Of a stretch of 64,000 nucleotides of DNA, positions 9,396-18,757 are shown piece after piece. The translations under genes were made by a program, and so were the position numbers. Location: positions 3,728 to 67,727 of the forward strand of contig JACRMK010000066.1 in the NCBI GenBank assembly GCA_016235055.1, in the 5' to 3' direction. Each line of letters opens with the position of its first letter. Position 1 is the first letter of the stretch. The notes beneath the pieces were generated by a model, which saw nothing but the letters and a program-made list of their open reading frames with translations, searched no databases and was not told the DNA's origin. This DNA is from Chloroflexota bacterium (GTDB taxonomy: Bacteria; Chloroflexota; Anaerolineae; JACRMK01).

Positions 9396-11618
9396 CTACA
9401 ATACGCGCACACGATAGCTGTTGACCAGCACCGATTCGCCATAGCGCAGCGTAAGCTCCAGCCGGTAGCTGCCCGCCCTCGCCAGTTGGAACGTCACGTC
9501 CTGCACGTGCTGCGCCAGGCAGTCGGGCCCCAGCGCCGTGGTCATATCCGGCGCCTGCCAGGCTGTCTGCCCGGCCTCGTCCAGCACACGCGCCGCGACG
9601 GTCACGCGCTCGTACGACCAGAGCGAGTCGTTGACGGCAAAAATGGACGCCGTGATCGCCTCGCCCGCGCGGTACGCATCCTGCTTGAACTGCGCGAACG
9701 CATACTCCGGGTTGAGCGCCGTCTTCATCGCGTCGTACGAGCGCTTCGGCACGCGCCAGTAGTCCACCAGCGACCACTGCACCGCCGGGTTGCTGTCAAG
9801 GAATACGAACGCCGCGAAGCCGCCGCACGGCCGGTACTTGTGGTAGCGCAGCCAGTCCACGTAATACTGGTTGAGGTCGATCTGGTACTCCTGCGACATG
9901 GCGATCAGGTCGGGCAGGCTGCGCGCCGAGCGCCAGTCATACCAGTCGGCCATTTGGTCGGGCTGGAAGTGATAGCGTTCCTGCATGAGCTTCCAGTCAA
10001 TCTTCTGGATGTCGGCGTCCATGAACTTGACCGCCGATTCGAGGTTCGGGAACGACTGCGCGCCAAACTCGGTAGCGAACTGCAACGTGCCGGGAAAGAT
10101 CCGCGTGAGCGTCTCGAACCGGCGCTTGGGGCCGTCCCCGGTCTTGTACCAGCCGAAGTAGAAGTGCGAGTCGGTGTCGCTCATCCACGGCAGCGCCCAC
10201 TTGCCCGAGGCGCGCAGCACAAACCGGGTCGGGTCGACGCGCTCGGCGACCCGCTTCAGGCGCGTGTCGAGCACGTTGCGATCCCACGAATAGATGTACG
10301 ACGAGAAACCGGCGCGCAGCAATGCCAGTGGGTTGTAATGGCTCGTGTCGACCAGGCCGATCGGCTCGTTGTGCATGCACCAGATACCGATCGACGGGTG
10401 GTTATACAGCGTGTTGATCATCAACTGCACCTGCCGCTCAGCCTGCGGCACGATGCAGTGATCGTACGCCCACTGCAGGGGGAAGTCCTGCCAGATCAGG
10501 ATGCCGAGCTCGTCGGCAACCTCGTAGAACTCGCGCTTCTCGACGTGGCCGTGGACGCGCAGGAAATTCATGTTGGCGTCCTTCGCCAGTTGCAGGTCCT
10601 GCGCGTACCGCTCGCGCGTCATCGTCGCCATGCGCGTGTCGCCCGGCGGGTAGTTATTGCCCTTCAGGAAGAAGCGGTGCCCGTTGAGATACGGCACGAA
10701 GTCGTGCATCTCGAACGTGCGCAGCCCCCAGCGGAACTCCCACGCATCGTAGCGCGAGCGCAGCAGCTCGTCGCCGAACGTCTCGACGCGCACGGTGTAG
10801 AGATTCGGATCGAGTAGGTCGTGCGTCCACCACAGCTTCGGGTGCTCCAGCTTGAAGAAGCGCGTGACCGTGTTGTCGCCCGGCGCGCAGTTGGCGCGCC
10901 ACGCGATGCTGAACGGCTTGCCCTCGAAGTTGTGCGGCGTGAAGGTGACGCGGTAGACCGGCGCCGACGGCGCCAGCGAATTGGCAACGATGTCCGCACG
11001 CAGCTCGAGCGTGTCCGGCGGGTTCTCATCGGCCAGCCGGATCACATCGTCATTGCGCACCGGGGTCAGCCGGAAATCGCTGATATAGACCGGCCCGGTC
11101 TCCACGATCTCAACCGACTGCCAGATGCCGCCCGGGTTGGCCGCCGGGTCCAGGCAGTCCCAGTGCGAGAAGACGCCGGTGATCTGTCGCTTGGCAGACT
11201 TGTTCGACTCGTCCGCGCACTCCACCTCGATCAGCAACTCGTTGTCAGGCGTCCGCGCGTTCAGGTGTGGCGTGATGTCAAACTCACGCCCGAAGGCATA
11301 GCCCTCGTTCTCGCCAAGCCGGAAGCCGTTGAGGTACGCAACATAGAAATAGAAGACGCCGTTCAGGCGCAGCCGGTAGCGCTTGCCTTTTTCCGGCGTC
11401 AGCGTGAACCGCTTGCGGTAAACCACCTTGCCGGTGTACGTCGCCAACTGCGGATGCTGCTGCCAGTGCCCCGGCACGCTGACGGTCAGCCACTGTTCGT
11501 CGGAGTAGTAGTTGCCGCGGAACGACGGCGTCGGGATCAGTTCCCACGCGCCATCGAGACAGGTCACTGTGCTGCGCGCCGGCGCTGGCGGCCGGCGATC
11601 GAGGATGTCCACATTCAT
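9396..11618 (-). CDS. glycoside hydrolase family 2 protein (beta-galactosidase/beta-mannosidase-like)
   Basis: It has the GH2 sugar-binding N-domain and a TIM-barrel region with NFLRVHGH...WQDFPLQW and WCMHNEP (catalytic NEP). Confidence 0.75.
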   Translation of the reverse strand: MNVDILDRRPPAPARSTVTCLDGAWELIPTPSFRGNYYSDEQWLTVSVPGHWQQHPQLATYTGKVVYRKRFTLTPEKGKRYRLRLNGVFYFYVAYLNGFRLGENEGYAFGREFDITPHLNARTPDNELLIEVECADESNKSAKRQITGVFSHWDCLDPAANPGGIWQSVEIVETGPVYISDFRLTPVRNDDVIRLADENPPDTLELRADIVANSLAPSAPVYRVTFTPHNFEGKPFSIAWRANCAPGDNTVTRFFKLEHPKLWWTHDLLDPNLYTVRVETFGDELLRSRYDAWEFRWGLRTFEMHDFVPYLNGHRFFLKGNNYPPGDTRMATMTRERYAQDLQLAKDANMNFLRVHGHVEKREFYEVADELGILIWQDFPLQWAYDHCIVPQAERQVQLMINTLYNHPSIGIWCMHNEPIGLVDTSHYNPLALLRAGFSSYIYSWDRNVLDTRLKRVAERVDPTRFVLRASGKWALPWMSDTDSHFYFGWYKTGDGPKRRFETLTRIFPGTLQFATEFGAQSFPNLESAVKFMDADIQKIDWKLMQERYHFQPDQMADWYDWRSARSLPDLIAMSQEYQIDLNQYYVDWLRYHKYRPCGGFAAFVFLDSNPAVQWSLVDYWRVPKRSYDAMKTALNPEYAFAQFKQDAYRAGEAITASIFAVNDSLWSYERVTVAARVLDEAGQTAWQAPDMTTALGPDCLAQHVQDVTFQLARAGSYRLELTLRYGESVLVNSYRVRVL

Positions 11619-11649
11619 GTTGATTTAACCACGCGGTGCGTGCCCATCC

Positions 11650-13137
11650 CTATTTTGATTTGAAATACATCAGCAGTTGGCCCGACGTCGTCTCGACCCG
11701 CTCGACGGCCGCCGGCGCACCGGCGTACGCCCGTTGCAGGCCGCGATTGGCGCCGGCCGCCACGATGTCGCCGATCACGAACGGCGTGACGCCATTCAGG
11801 TGCTCCCAGCGCACCTGCAGCGCACCGCTGATGACGTACAACTGCAGTTCGACGCTGAGCGCGGCATACGGCGTCTCGCCATACACGAAGATCGCATTGT
11901 TTGGCAGGATGCGCACCTGTCGGTTGCTCAGGCCGCCCAGCCCGTTGGCCGCCAGCCACGGATCCATCTGCGCCAGCAGCTCGCTTTCGTCCCAGACTTT
12001 CGGCTGCTCGCCGCGCGTGTCGCCCCACGGCCAGCCGTACTCGCCCAGGGTCCGCTCGGCGGTGCCTGCGCCGAGGTTGGCGGCGATCAGCGCGCCCGCC
12101 GATCCGAACGCCAACACGGCCAGCAACGCAATCCGCAGCGCGCGCCCCGCGCCGCCCAGCACGCGCCCCCCCGCCCGGCGCATCCGGCCGCGCACGGTCG
12201 GCGTCGATGGCGTCGTCTGCTCGTCGATAGCGGTGGAGGGCGTGCCGGTTCCGATCGTGTGCTCTTCGGCGTGGCTGGCTGCCGCCAGCGTGGACAGGTT
12301 CACCGGGGCCGGGCGAGCGCGCTTGAGCGTTTTGTCCAGCGCCTCGGAAAACTCGGCGGCGGTCGCGTAGCGATCCTTCCGGTCGCGCGCCAGCGCATGC
12401 AGCAGCACACTCTCGAGTTCGCGCGGGATGGCCGCATTGAACTGGCGCGGCGGCGGCAGCGGATCATACACGATCTGGTGCATGACATCCACCGCCGTGC
12501 TGCCTTCGAAGGCCGGCCGGCCGGCCAACAGCTCGTACAGCACCATCGCCAGCGAGTACTCGTCCGCGCGGCCGTCCAACTCGCCGCCCTGCGCCTGCTC
12601 CGGCGACATATAGGTCGGGGTGCCGACCGTGATGCCCGTCTCCGTGTGCAGCGACGTGCTCTCCCAGCGCACCAGGCCAAAATCGGTCAGCATCGGCCGG
12701 CCGTCGTTGTTCAGCAGTATGTTGCCCGGCTTCACGTCGCGATGCACGATGCCCTGCCGGTGCGCATAGTCGAGCGCGCGGCCGATCTGCGCGACGGCCG
12801 GCACGATCTCGGCGGGTGAGAGACGCCGGTGGCGCAAGCCGCTGAAGCTGCCGCCCGTCACCATCTCCATGACGATATACAGGATGCCGAGTTCGGCGTC
12901 GTCGCCGTAGTCGTAGACCGGCACGATATTCGGGTGGCTCAACTGCGCAACGGCCAGCGCCTCCTGCTCGAAACGCTTGCGCACCGTCTGGTCCATTGCA
13001 AATGAAGTGCCCAGCACCTTGAACGCGACCGCGCGGTTCAGCGATACCTGGCGCGCGCGATAGACGGTCGCCATGCCGCCATGCCCCAGCGTGGATTCGA
13101 TTTCGTAGTTGCCGAACCGCTTGTCGATCAGTTCCAT
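11650..13137 (-). CDS. Ser/Thr protein kinase with one TM helix and an extracytoplasmic C-terminal domain
   Basis: GHGGMATVYRA...AFKVL (ATP site), HRDVKPGNILL (catalytic loop) and DFGL (activation loop) are all present. A hydrophobic segment ALRIALLAVLAFGSAGALIAANL follows. Confidence 0.85.
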   Translation of the reverse strand: MELIDKRFGNYEIESTLGHGGMATVYRARQVSLNRAVAFKVLGTSFAMDQTVRKRFEQEALAVAQLSHPNIVPVYDYGDDAELGILYIVMEMVTGGSFSGLRHRRLSPAEIVPAVAQIGRALDYAHRQGIVHRDVKPGNILLNNDGRPMLTDFGLVRWESTSLHTETGITVGTPTYMSPEQAQGGELDGRADEYSLAMVLYELLAGRPAFEGSTAVDVMHQIVYDPLPPPRQFNAAIPRELESVLLHALARDRKDRYATAAEFSEALDKTLKRARPAPVNLSTLAAASHAEEHTIGTGTPSTAIDEQTTPSTPTVRGRMRRAGGRVLGGAGRALRIALLAVLAFGSAGALIAANLGAGTAERTLGEYGWPWGDTRGEQPKVWDESELLAQMDPWLAANGLGGLSNRQVRILPNNAIFVYGETPYAALSVELQLYVISGALQVRWEHLNGVTPFVIGDIVAAGANRGLQRAYAGAPAAVERVETTSGQLLMYFKSK

Positions 13138-13173
13138 GCGCGTCTCATCAGATCGTCCGGAAGGTGCATCATC

Positions 13174-14715
13174 CTACGGCCGCGGCGTGGGCGACGGCGC
13201 CAGCGCCGGGTCGGTGGCCGTCCGGTGCTTCGGGAAAAAAATCAGCGTGCCGGGCGCCGCCTCGATATGCTCCAGCCGGACCGGGCCCGACGCGAACAGC
13301 GTGCGCAACCCGCGATTGATGCCGTCGGAGATCAGCGTGCCGTACACGTACGGCATATAGCCGTTGACGCGCTCGATCTCCACCTGCACGGCGCCGCCCA
13401 TGACGAAAACCCGTCCATCCACCCGGAGCGGCCCCAGGATGCCATCGCCGCTCAAGGTCGCCGCGTCATCGCCGGCTAACTGCAATTGCGGGTTATTCAT
13501 CAGCAGCGTCAGGCCGTTGCGCGCCATGTACTGCTCGACCGCGCCTTCCACCCGCGCGCGGTCCATCAGCACCGGCTGATCGCCGCCGATGATGCCCCAG
13601 TCGGCGCGGCTGGCGCTGATCGTCCGCTCGGCGTAGTTCGAGAGCAGCAGCACCAAGCCAGCCGTGACCGCCACAGCGACAATCGCCGCGACGAGCGCCG
13701 CCCGCCACGTCCAGCGCCACAACCGGCTGAGGACACGCCGCGCACGCGGCATCAGCCATTCGGCCGCCTGCGCCCCGGCGGTGCGTGCCGCGGCGGCCAT
13801 GCGCGCCGGATGCAGCGCGGCCAGCCAGGGCAGCCGGTGCTTCGGCGGCGGCGGGATGGCACGCGTGCCGGCCACGCTGGCCAGCGAGACGGTGTTGCCT
13901 CCCAGCGTGCGCTCCAGCGCGGCGGCGAACTCGGCGGCGCTCGCGTAGCGGCCCTCGCGGTCTTTGCTCATCGCGCGCATCAGCACCTTCTCCAGCTTGC
14001 GCGGGATGCGCGGGTTCACCCGGCGCGGCGGCTCCGGCGCCTCGTACACCTGCTGGTGCAGCAGCGCCAGCGGCGTGTCGGAACGGAACGGCGCCCGGCC
14101 GGTCAGCAGTTCGTACAGCACCATCGCCAGCGAGTAGATATCGCTGCGTTTGTCAAGGTCGCCGCCCATCACCTGCTCCGGCGACATATAGGCCGGCGTG
14201 CCGATCGTCAGCCCCGCCTCGGTGAACTGCGGGTGCGAGTCCATTTTCGCCAGCCCGAAGTCGGTCAGCATCGGGCGGTGCAACTCGGTCAGCAGGATGT
14301 TGCCCGGCTTGATGTCGCGGTGGATGATGCCGTGCGTGTGCGCATAGTCCAGCCCGTAGGCCACCTGCGCGATCAGGCGGGTCGCTTCGTCGATGCCGGG
14401 CGCCCCGCTGACCAGATCCCGCAGGCTGCCGCCCGGCACATACTCCATCACAATGTACCACAAGCCGCGCGCATCGTCGCTGCCAAAATCGTAGATCGGC
14501 ACGATGTTCGGATGGCTCAGTTGCGCGACGGCCTTGGCCTCCCGGTCGAAACGCTGCCGGAAGACCTCATCGCCCGCGCTCAGACCCGAGAGCACTTTGA
14601 TCGCGACCGAGCGATTCAGCGCGACCTGGTTGGCGCGGTACACCGCCGCCATGCCGCCCTGCGCGATCAACTGCACGATCTCGTAATTGCCGAGTTTCTC
14701 TCCGAGCAGCTCCAC
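13174..14715 (-). CDS. Ser/Thr protein kinase, paralog of the preceding gene
   Basis: AQGGMAAVYRA..AIKVL, HRDIKPGNILL and DFGLAKMD motifs. It has a GTG start. The C-terminal ~120-aa domain is alignable with the kinase at 11650-13137 (…RVNGYMPYVYGTLISDGINRGL… versus …HLNGVTPFVIGDIVAAGANRGL…). Confidence 0.85.
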   Translation of the reverse strand: MELLGEKLGNYEIVQLIAQGGMAAVYRANQVALNRSVAIKVLSGLSAGDEVFRQRFDREAKAVAQLSHPNIVPIYDFGSDDARGLWYIVMEYVPGGSLRDLVSGAPGIDEATRLIAQVAYGLDYAHTHGIIHRDIKPGNILLTELHRPMLTDFGLAKMDSHPQFTEAGLTIGTPAYMSPEQVMGGDLDKRSDIYSLAMVLYELLTGRAPFRSDTPLALLHQQVYEAPEPPRRVNPRIPRKLEKVLMRAMSKDREGRYASAAEFAAALERTLGGNTVSLASVAGTRAIPPPPKHRLPWLAALHPARMAAAARTAGAQAAEWLMPRARRVLSRLWRWTWRAALVAAIVAVAVTAGLVLLLSNYAERTISASRADWGIIGGDQPVLMDRARVEGAVEQYMARNGLTLLMNNPQLQLAGDDAATLSGDGILGPLRVDGRVFVMGGAVQVEIERVNGYMPYVYGTLISDGINRGLRTLFASGPVRLEHIEAAPGTLIFFPKHRTATDPALAPSPTPRP

Positions 14716-14725
14716 GACGCCCCGT

Positions 14726-15721
14726 TCAACCGCGAAAATATGGTATGACCTCGCGCCCGATCACCGCGACCGCTTCCAGCGGGTCGGGGCCGAGCGGCGG
14801 GCCGAAACTGAAATGGCGCGCGCCCAACGCCGCCAACCGTTCCAGGCGTTGAATCACGTCGCGGGCCGTGCCCACGACGCCGATGCGCAGCATGGCATCC
14901 GTGACCAGTTGCTTGCCCTTGCGCAGGTCATCTTCGACGACGACCGCCTGGCGAATCGGCGCGAAGTCGGCCGCCGACAGCCCAAGCTGCGCGTAGATCG
15001 TCGGGCTTAGCGCATGGCCGTAGTAGGCGACCTTCTCTTTCAGCGCGTCGAGCGCCGCAGCGCGGTCCGCGGACACCGAGCACCAGATACACGCCGCCAG
15101 GTCGACCTGTTCCACATCGCGCCCGGCGCGGTGCGCTCCGGCCGCCACCAACGGCTGCACATTGGCGTAGTGCTCCGGCGGGAACAATAGTGGCAGGCCG
15201 CCGTCAGCCGCCTCGCCAATCAGTTCGAGCATACGCGGGCTCATCGCGCCGACGTAGATCGGCACGGGCCGCGCCGGTACCCGCAGATACGCCTCGTCGG
15301 TCCAGCCGCGCACAAAACGGCCGTCGTATGCCGCGCGCTCGCCGGCAAACAGGCGGCGCAGCACCGCCAGCGATTCGCGCATCGCCGTCAGCGGCGCATC
15401 CTGGACGATGCCGACCCATCCGAGGAAGTCGGCCGCCCCCGCGCCGATGCCGAGGTTGAAGCGCCCGCCCGACAACTCGTCGAGCGTGACCGCGCCCATG
15501 GCGATCTCGCCAAGGTTGGCCGTGTACGGGTTGACGATGCCGGTGCCGATGCGGATGCGCGTCGTCGCTTGCGCGACCGCCGACAGGATGACCCACGCCG
15601 AGCGCAGGAACAGGTCGTGGCTGACCCAGAACTGGTCGAAGCCGTACTGCTCGGCCGCCTGCGCCAGCGCGACGGTGCGCTCGACCGGCAGGTCGTTGTT
15701 CAGGCGGATGCTGAACTTCAT
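14726..15721 (-). CDS. LLM-class (luciferase-like) flavin-dependent oxidoreductase, possibly F420-dependent
   Basis: MKFSIRLNND...FDQFWVSHDLFL gives a TIM-barrel LLM fold. The start was trimmed to ATG at 15721. The ATGA overlap with the RidA stop is frame-consistent. Confidence 0.75.
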   Translation of the reverse strand: MKFSIRLNNDLPVERTVALAQAAEQYGFDQFWVSHDLFLRSAWVILSAVAQATTRIRIGTGIVNPYTANLGEIAMGAVTLDELSGGRFNLGIGAGAADFLGWVGIVQDAPLTAMRESLAVLRRLFAGERAAYDGRFVRGWTDEAYLRVPARPVPIYVGAMSPRMLELIGEAADGGLPLLFPPEHYANVQPLVAAGAHRAGRDVEQVDLAACIWCSVSADRAAALDALKEKVAYYGHALSPTIYAQLGLSAADFAPIRQAVVVEDDLRKGKQLVTDAMLRIGVVGTARDVIQRLERLAALGARHFSFGPPLGPDPLEAVAVIGREVIPYFRG

Positions 15722-16113
15722 GGCTCGCCGATCAATGCGTCGGCCTCGATCTCGACGAGTGCCTCGGACGGCACCAGCGAGCGCACGACGACGAGCGTAT
15801 TGGCCGGGTGGTACTGCGCGAACCGCTCGCCGTGCGCTCGCGCCACCGGCTCCCAGTGCGCGTAGTCGGTCACATAGATGCGCGTGCGCACCACGTCGGG
15901 CAGGCGAGCGCCGGCCGCCGCCAGCGTCCGCTCGATCTTGTCGAGAATGGTGCGCGCCTGCGCGCCCGGGTCGCCAGGCGCAACCACGCGGCCGGACTCG
16001 TCGCTGGCCGTCGTGCCCGACACCCAGATCAGGTTGCCGGCGCGCACGGCACGCGCGTAGCCCGCGATCGACTCCCACGGCGTGCCGGTCGAAATGCGCT
16101 GGCGCTCGCTCAT
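15718..16113 (-). CDS. ridA: RidA/YjgF family reactive-intermediate deaminase
   Basis: It is ~130 aa with …IWVSGTTA…RIYVTDY…VEIEADALI, the typical L-PSP endoribonuclease family pattern. The start was trimmed and is frame-consistent. Confidence 0.8.
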   Translation of the reverse strand: MSERQRISTGTPWESIAGYARAVRAGNLIWVSGTTASDESGRVVAPGDPGAQARTILDKIERTLAAAGARLPDVVRTRIYVTDYAHWEPVARAHGERFAQYHPANTLVVVRSLVPSEALVEIEADALIGEP

Positions 16114-16114
16114 G

Positions 16115-17461
16115 CTAATGCGCGAAGTCCATGAAGATCGTCGCGAAATATTTGATGCCGGCGATGTAGTCGTCCACGCGCACGTTTTCGTTCGGCGCAT
16201 GCACGTTGCACCCGGCATAGCCGATGCCGGCCGGCATGACCGTCGGAATGCCGAACTTTGCGCCGAGCGCGTGCATCGGGCCGGAGCCGGCCACCATCGG
16301 GTTGACGACCGGCGCGACGTTCCAGACCTTCTTGACGGCCTCGGCGCAGACCGCCGCGAACGGCGCGTCGATCGGCGTGCGCGCCGGCCTTTCGGCGGCC
16401 AGCAGTTCGACCTTAACGTCCTTGAAGCCGCGGCCGTCGAGGTGCCGCCGCAGCAGTCTGCCGACTTCTTCCGGGTCCTGGTCGGGCACGAGACGGAAAT
16501 CGACCTTGGCAAACGCCTCTTTGGGCAGCACCGTCTTGACGCCCGCGCCGGCATAACCGCTCCAGACGCCGCAGATGGTGCAGGTCGGCTGGAACGTCAG
16601 CCGCTCTTGCAGCGCGTCGCCTTTCACGCCGAGCACGTAATCCTTGAAGCCCCACAGCTTCTTGAGCTGTTTTTCGGAGGATTTGATACGCTTCATCGCG
16701 TCGCGGTCGGCGCGCGTCGGCTTGACGACCTTGTCATAGAAGCCCTTGATCTGCACGCGCTCTTTCTGGTCCTTCAGCGTCGCCAGCGCCCAGTTCAGCC
16801 GCCATGCGGCGTTCGGGATGATCGCCGCATACGCCGAGTGAATATCGACGTTCGATGTCTGCACACTCAACTGGAAGTAGGCGATGCCTTTCACGCCGAG
16901 GCCGATCTCCGGCACTTCGTTGGCATTCTTGCCGCCGCCCTCCCACATGCACGCGTCAGCCTTGAGCAGCGCAGCGTTCGCGTCCGCGAACTGCTCGAGA
17001 TTGGGTGAGCCGATCTCCTCTTCGCCCTCGACGATGAACTTGATGTTCAATGGCATGTGGCCGCGCAGCTTCTGGATCGCCTCGATCGCGCAGATGCGCG
17101 CCACAAAGTCGCCCTTGTCGTCGGCGATGCCGCGCCCGTAGATCTTGCCGTCGTGCATTTCGGCGCGCCACGGGTCATGCTGCCAGAGGTCGAGCGGCTC
17201 GGCGGGCTGCACGTCGTAATGGTTGTACAGCGACAGCGTGCGCGGCATGTTGGCCGCCAACTCGCCGTACACGACCGGCTGGCCTTTGGTTTCGATGCGG
17301 CGCGCCTTCGCGCCGACCGACTCGATCATCGCGATGACGATCGCGCTCGTCTCTTTGACGCCGACGCCCTGCGCCGCCACCGATGGCTGGCGCACCAGCT
17401 TCTGGGCGCGGCCGATGAAGTCGTTGCGATGCTCGTCAATGTACTTGTAGATATCTTGCAT
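16115..17461 (-). CDS. M20-family metallopeptidase (dipeptidase/ArgE/DapE-like)
   Basis: HYDVQPA, GRGIADDKG and EGEEEIGS metal-ligand motifs. The start is at MQDIYKY and is frame-consistent. Confidence 0.8.
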   Translation of the reverse strand: MQDIYKYIDEHRNDFIGRAQKLVRQPSVAAQGVGVKETSAIVIAMIESVGAKARRIETKGQPVVYGELAANMPRTLSLYNHYDVQPAEPLDLWQHDPWRAEMHDGKIYGRGIADDKGDFVARICAIEAIQKLRGHMPLNIKFIVEGEEEIGSPNLEQFADANAALLKADACMWEGGGKNANEVPEIGLGVKGIAYFQLSVQTSNVDIHSAYAAIIPNAAWRLNWALATLKDQKERVQIKGFYDKVVKPTRADRDAMKRIKSSEKQLKKLWGFKDYVLGVKGDALQERLTFQPTCTICGVWSGYAGAGVKTVLPKEAFAKVDFRLVPDQDPEEVGRLLRRHLDGRGFKDVKVELLAAERPARTPIDAPFAAVCAEAVKKVWNVAPVVNPMVAGSGPMHALGAKFGIPTVMPAGIGYAGCNVHAPNENVRVDDYIAGIKYFATIFMDFAH

Positions 17462-17508
17462 GGAATGCTCCTTGGATACCGGCCATGGCCGCAGACAGTG
17501 ATTGTACA

Positions 17509-18366
17509 CTATTCCGGCACGTTCTTGATCATTTCCCAGAGATCTTTGTCCACGCGGAAGCCAAACTCGCGCAGCATGACGGCCGCGCGGCTGTCGGCCG
17601 GCTCCAACCCCATGCGCAGCGTCTCGATGCCGGTCTCGCGCATCGCGGCGGCAGCCAGCACGCGCACATCGGTATGGGTCGTGTCGTTCGTCAGGGCGAG
17701 CAGGTCGATATTCAGCCGCCGCCGGTCGTCGGGCCAACTGCACGCCAGGCACGCCACTTCGCGGCCATCCGACAGCGCGGTCCACGCGGCCCGGTTGCGC
17801 CGGGCCAGCAGAGACGGCAGTTCGCGCTCCCAGGGGGGCGCGGCGACGAAGCGGGTGCCGTGCCAGCGCCGCACCGCATCACCCGACTCGTCGCGCGCAA
17901 CGGTCAGGCCCGACGGGCTGCGCATATAGCGCCAGCCGAGTCCATCCAGCGTCGCGATGTAGCACGGCAGGCGGCGGGTGTAGCGATAGCCGTTCTTCTC
18001 GTACACATGGCGCGCCGGGGCATTATCGTCGCGCACTTCCAGTTGCAGCGCGCGCAGACCGGCGCGCGCCGCCTCGGCATCGGCCCGGCGCATCAGCGCC
18101 TGCCCCAGCCCGCGATTCTGATGACTCGGCACGACCGCCACGTCGCAGCACCAGCCGCGCCGGTCGCGCATACCGAGCAGCACCATGCCCGCCACGGCGC
18201 CCGTCTCGTCGAGCGTAATCGGCGAGCGCGCCAGGTCAACATTGTGCGCGGCGACCATGGCGGAGTACCCATCCAGCGTCTCGCCGTCATCCGGGTACAC
18301 CAGGCAGAGCGCGTCGACAACGGCCCGTAAAGTCACCTGCGCGGCGGTGGTAAACGTGAATGGCAT
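17509..18366 (-). CDS. GNAT family N-acetyltransferase (two acetyltransferase-like halves)
   Basis: QNRGLGQALM (acetyl-CoA binding R/Q-x-x-G-x-G/A) is in the N-half. A second degenerate GNAT-like half follows. Confidence 0.7.
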   Translation of the reverse strand: MPFTFTTAAQVTLRAVVDALCLVYPDDGETLDGYSAMVAAHNVDLARSPITLDETGAVAGMVLLGMRDRRGWCCDVAVVPSHQNRGLGQALMRRADAEAARAGLRALQLEVRDDNAPARHVYEKNGYRYTRRLPCYIATLDGLGWRYMRSPSGLTVARDESGDAVRRWHGTRFVAAPPWERELPSLLARRNRAAWTALSDGREVACLACSWPDDRRRLNIDLLALTNDTTHTDVRVLAAAAMRETGIETLRMGLEPADSRAAVMLREFGFRVDKDLWEMIKNVPE

Positions 18367-18757
18367 AGGCGTAGTTTAGCAGAGGCGGCCGGTTTTGGCA
18401 CGCCAGAAGGTTTCGCTGAATGTATTCTACAATAGAGGAGCGTGTTCGTCACCGGCATCCGCCGGTGGGTGTCAGCGTCTTGCATACCCACGCCCAACCA
18501 TTGCTTAGGGCGTAGGGACAGGTCTCTGACCTGTTCACGTGTGCGTGGCGTCATAACGCGCTTCACAGACCTGTCTCTACCTCGGCATGACGTGGCGCCC
18601 GTAGGGGCGCATTGCACGCGCCTGGCGATCCCGTAGCAGATCGCAGGCCCGCGCCCACTTCAACTTGACGCCCCATCCGCGCGGCATACAATGGACGCGA
18701 AGCAGCAGCCTGCCCAGGACGCCCGGCACATATCCTGTTTCGCCCGAAAGGAACCGT

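Noticed and set aside
18440-18700. Purine riboswitch in front of the deaminase-like amidohydrolase.
   Set aside because: I could not find the conserved purine-aptamer junction (U-rich J1/2, CCGUAAAU-like J3/1 context). Only generic palindromes are present.
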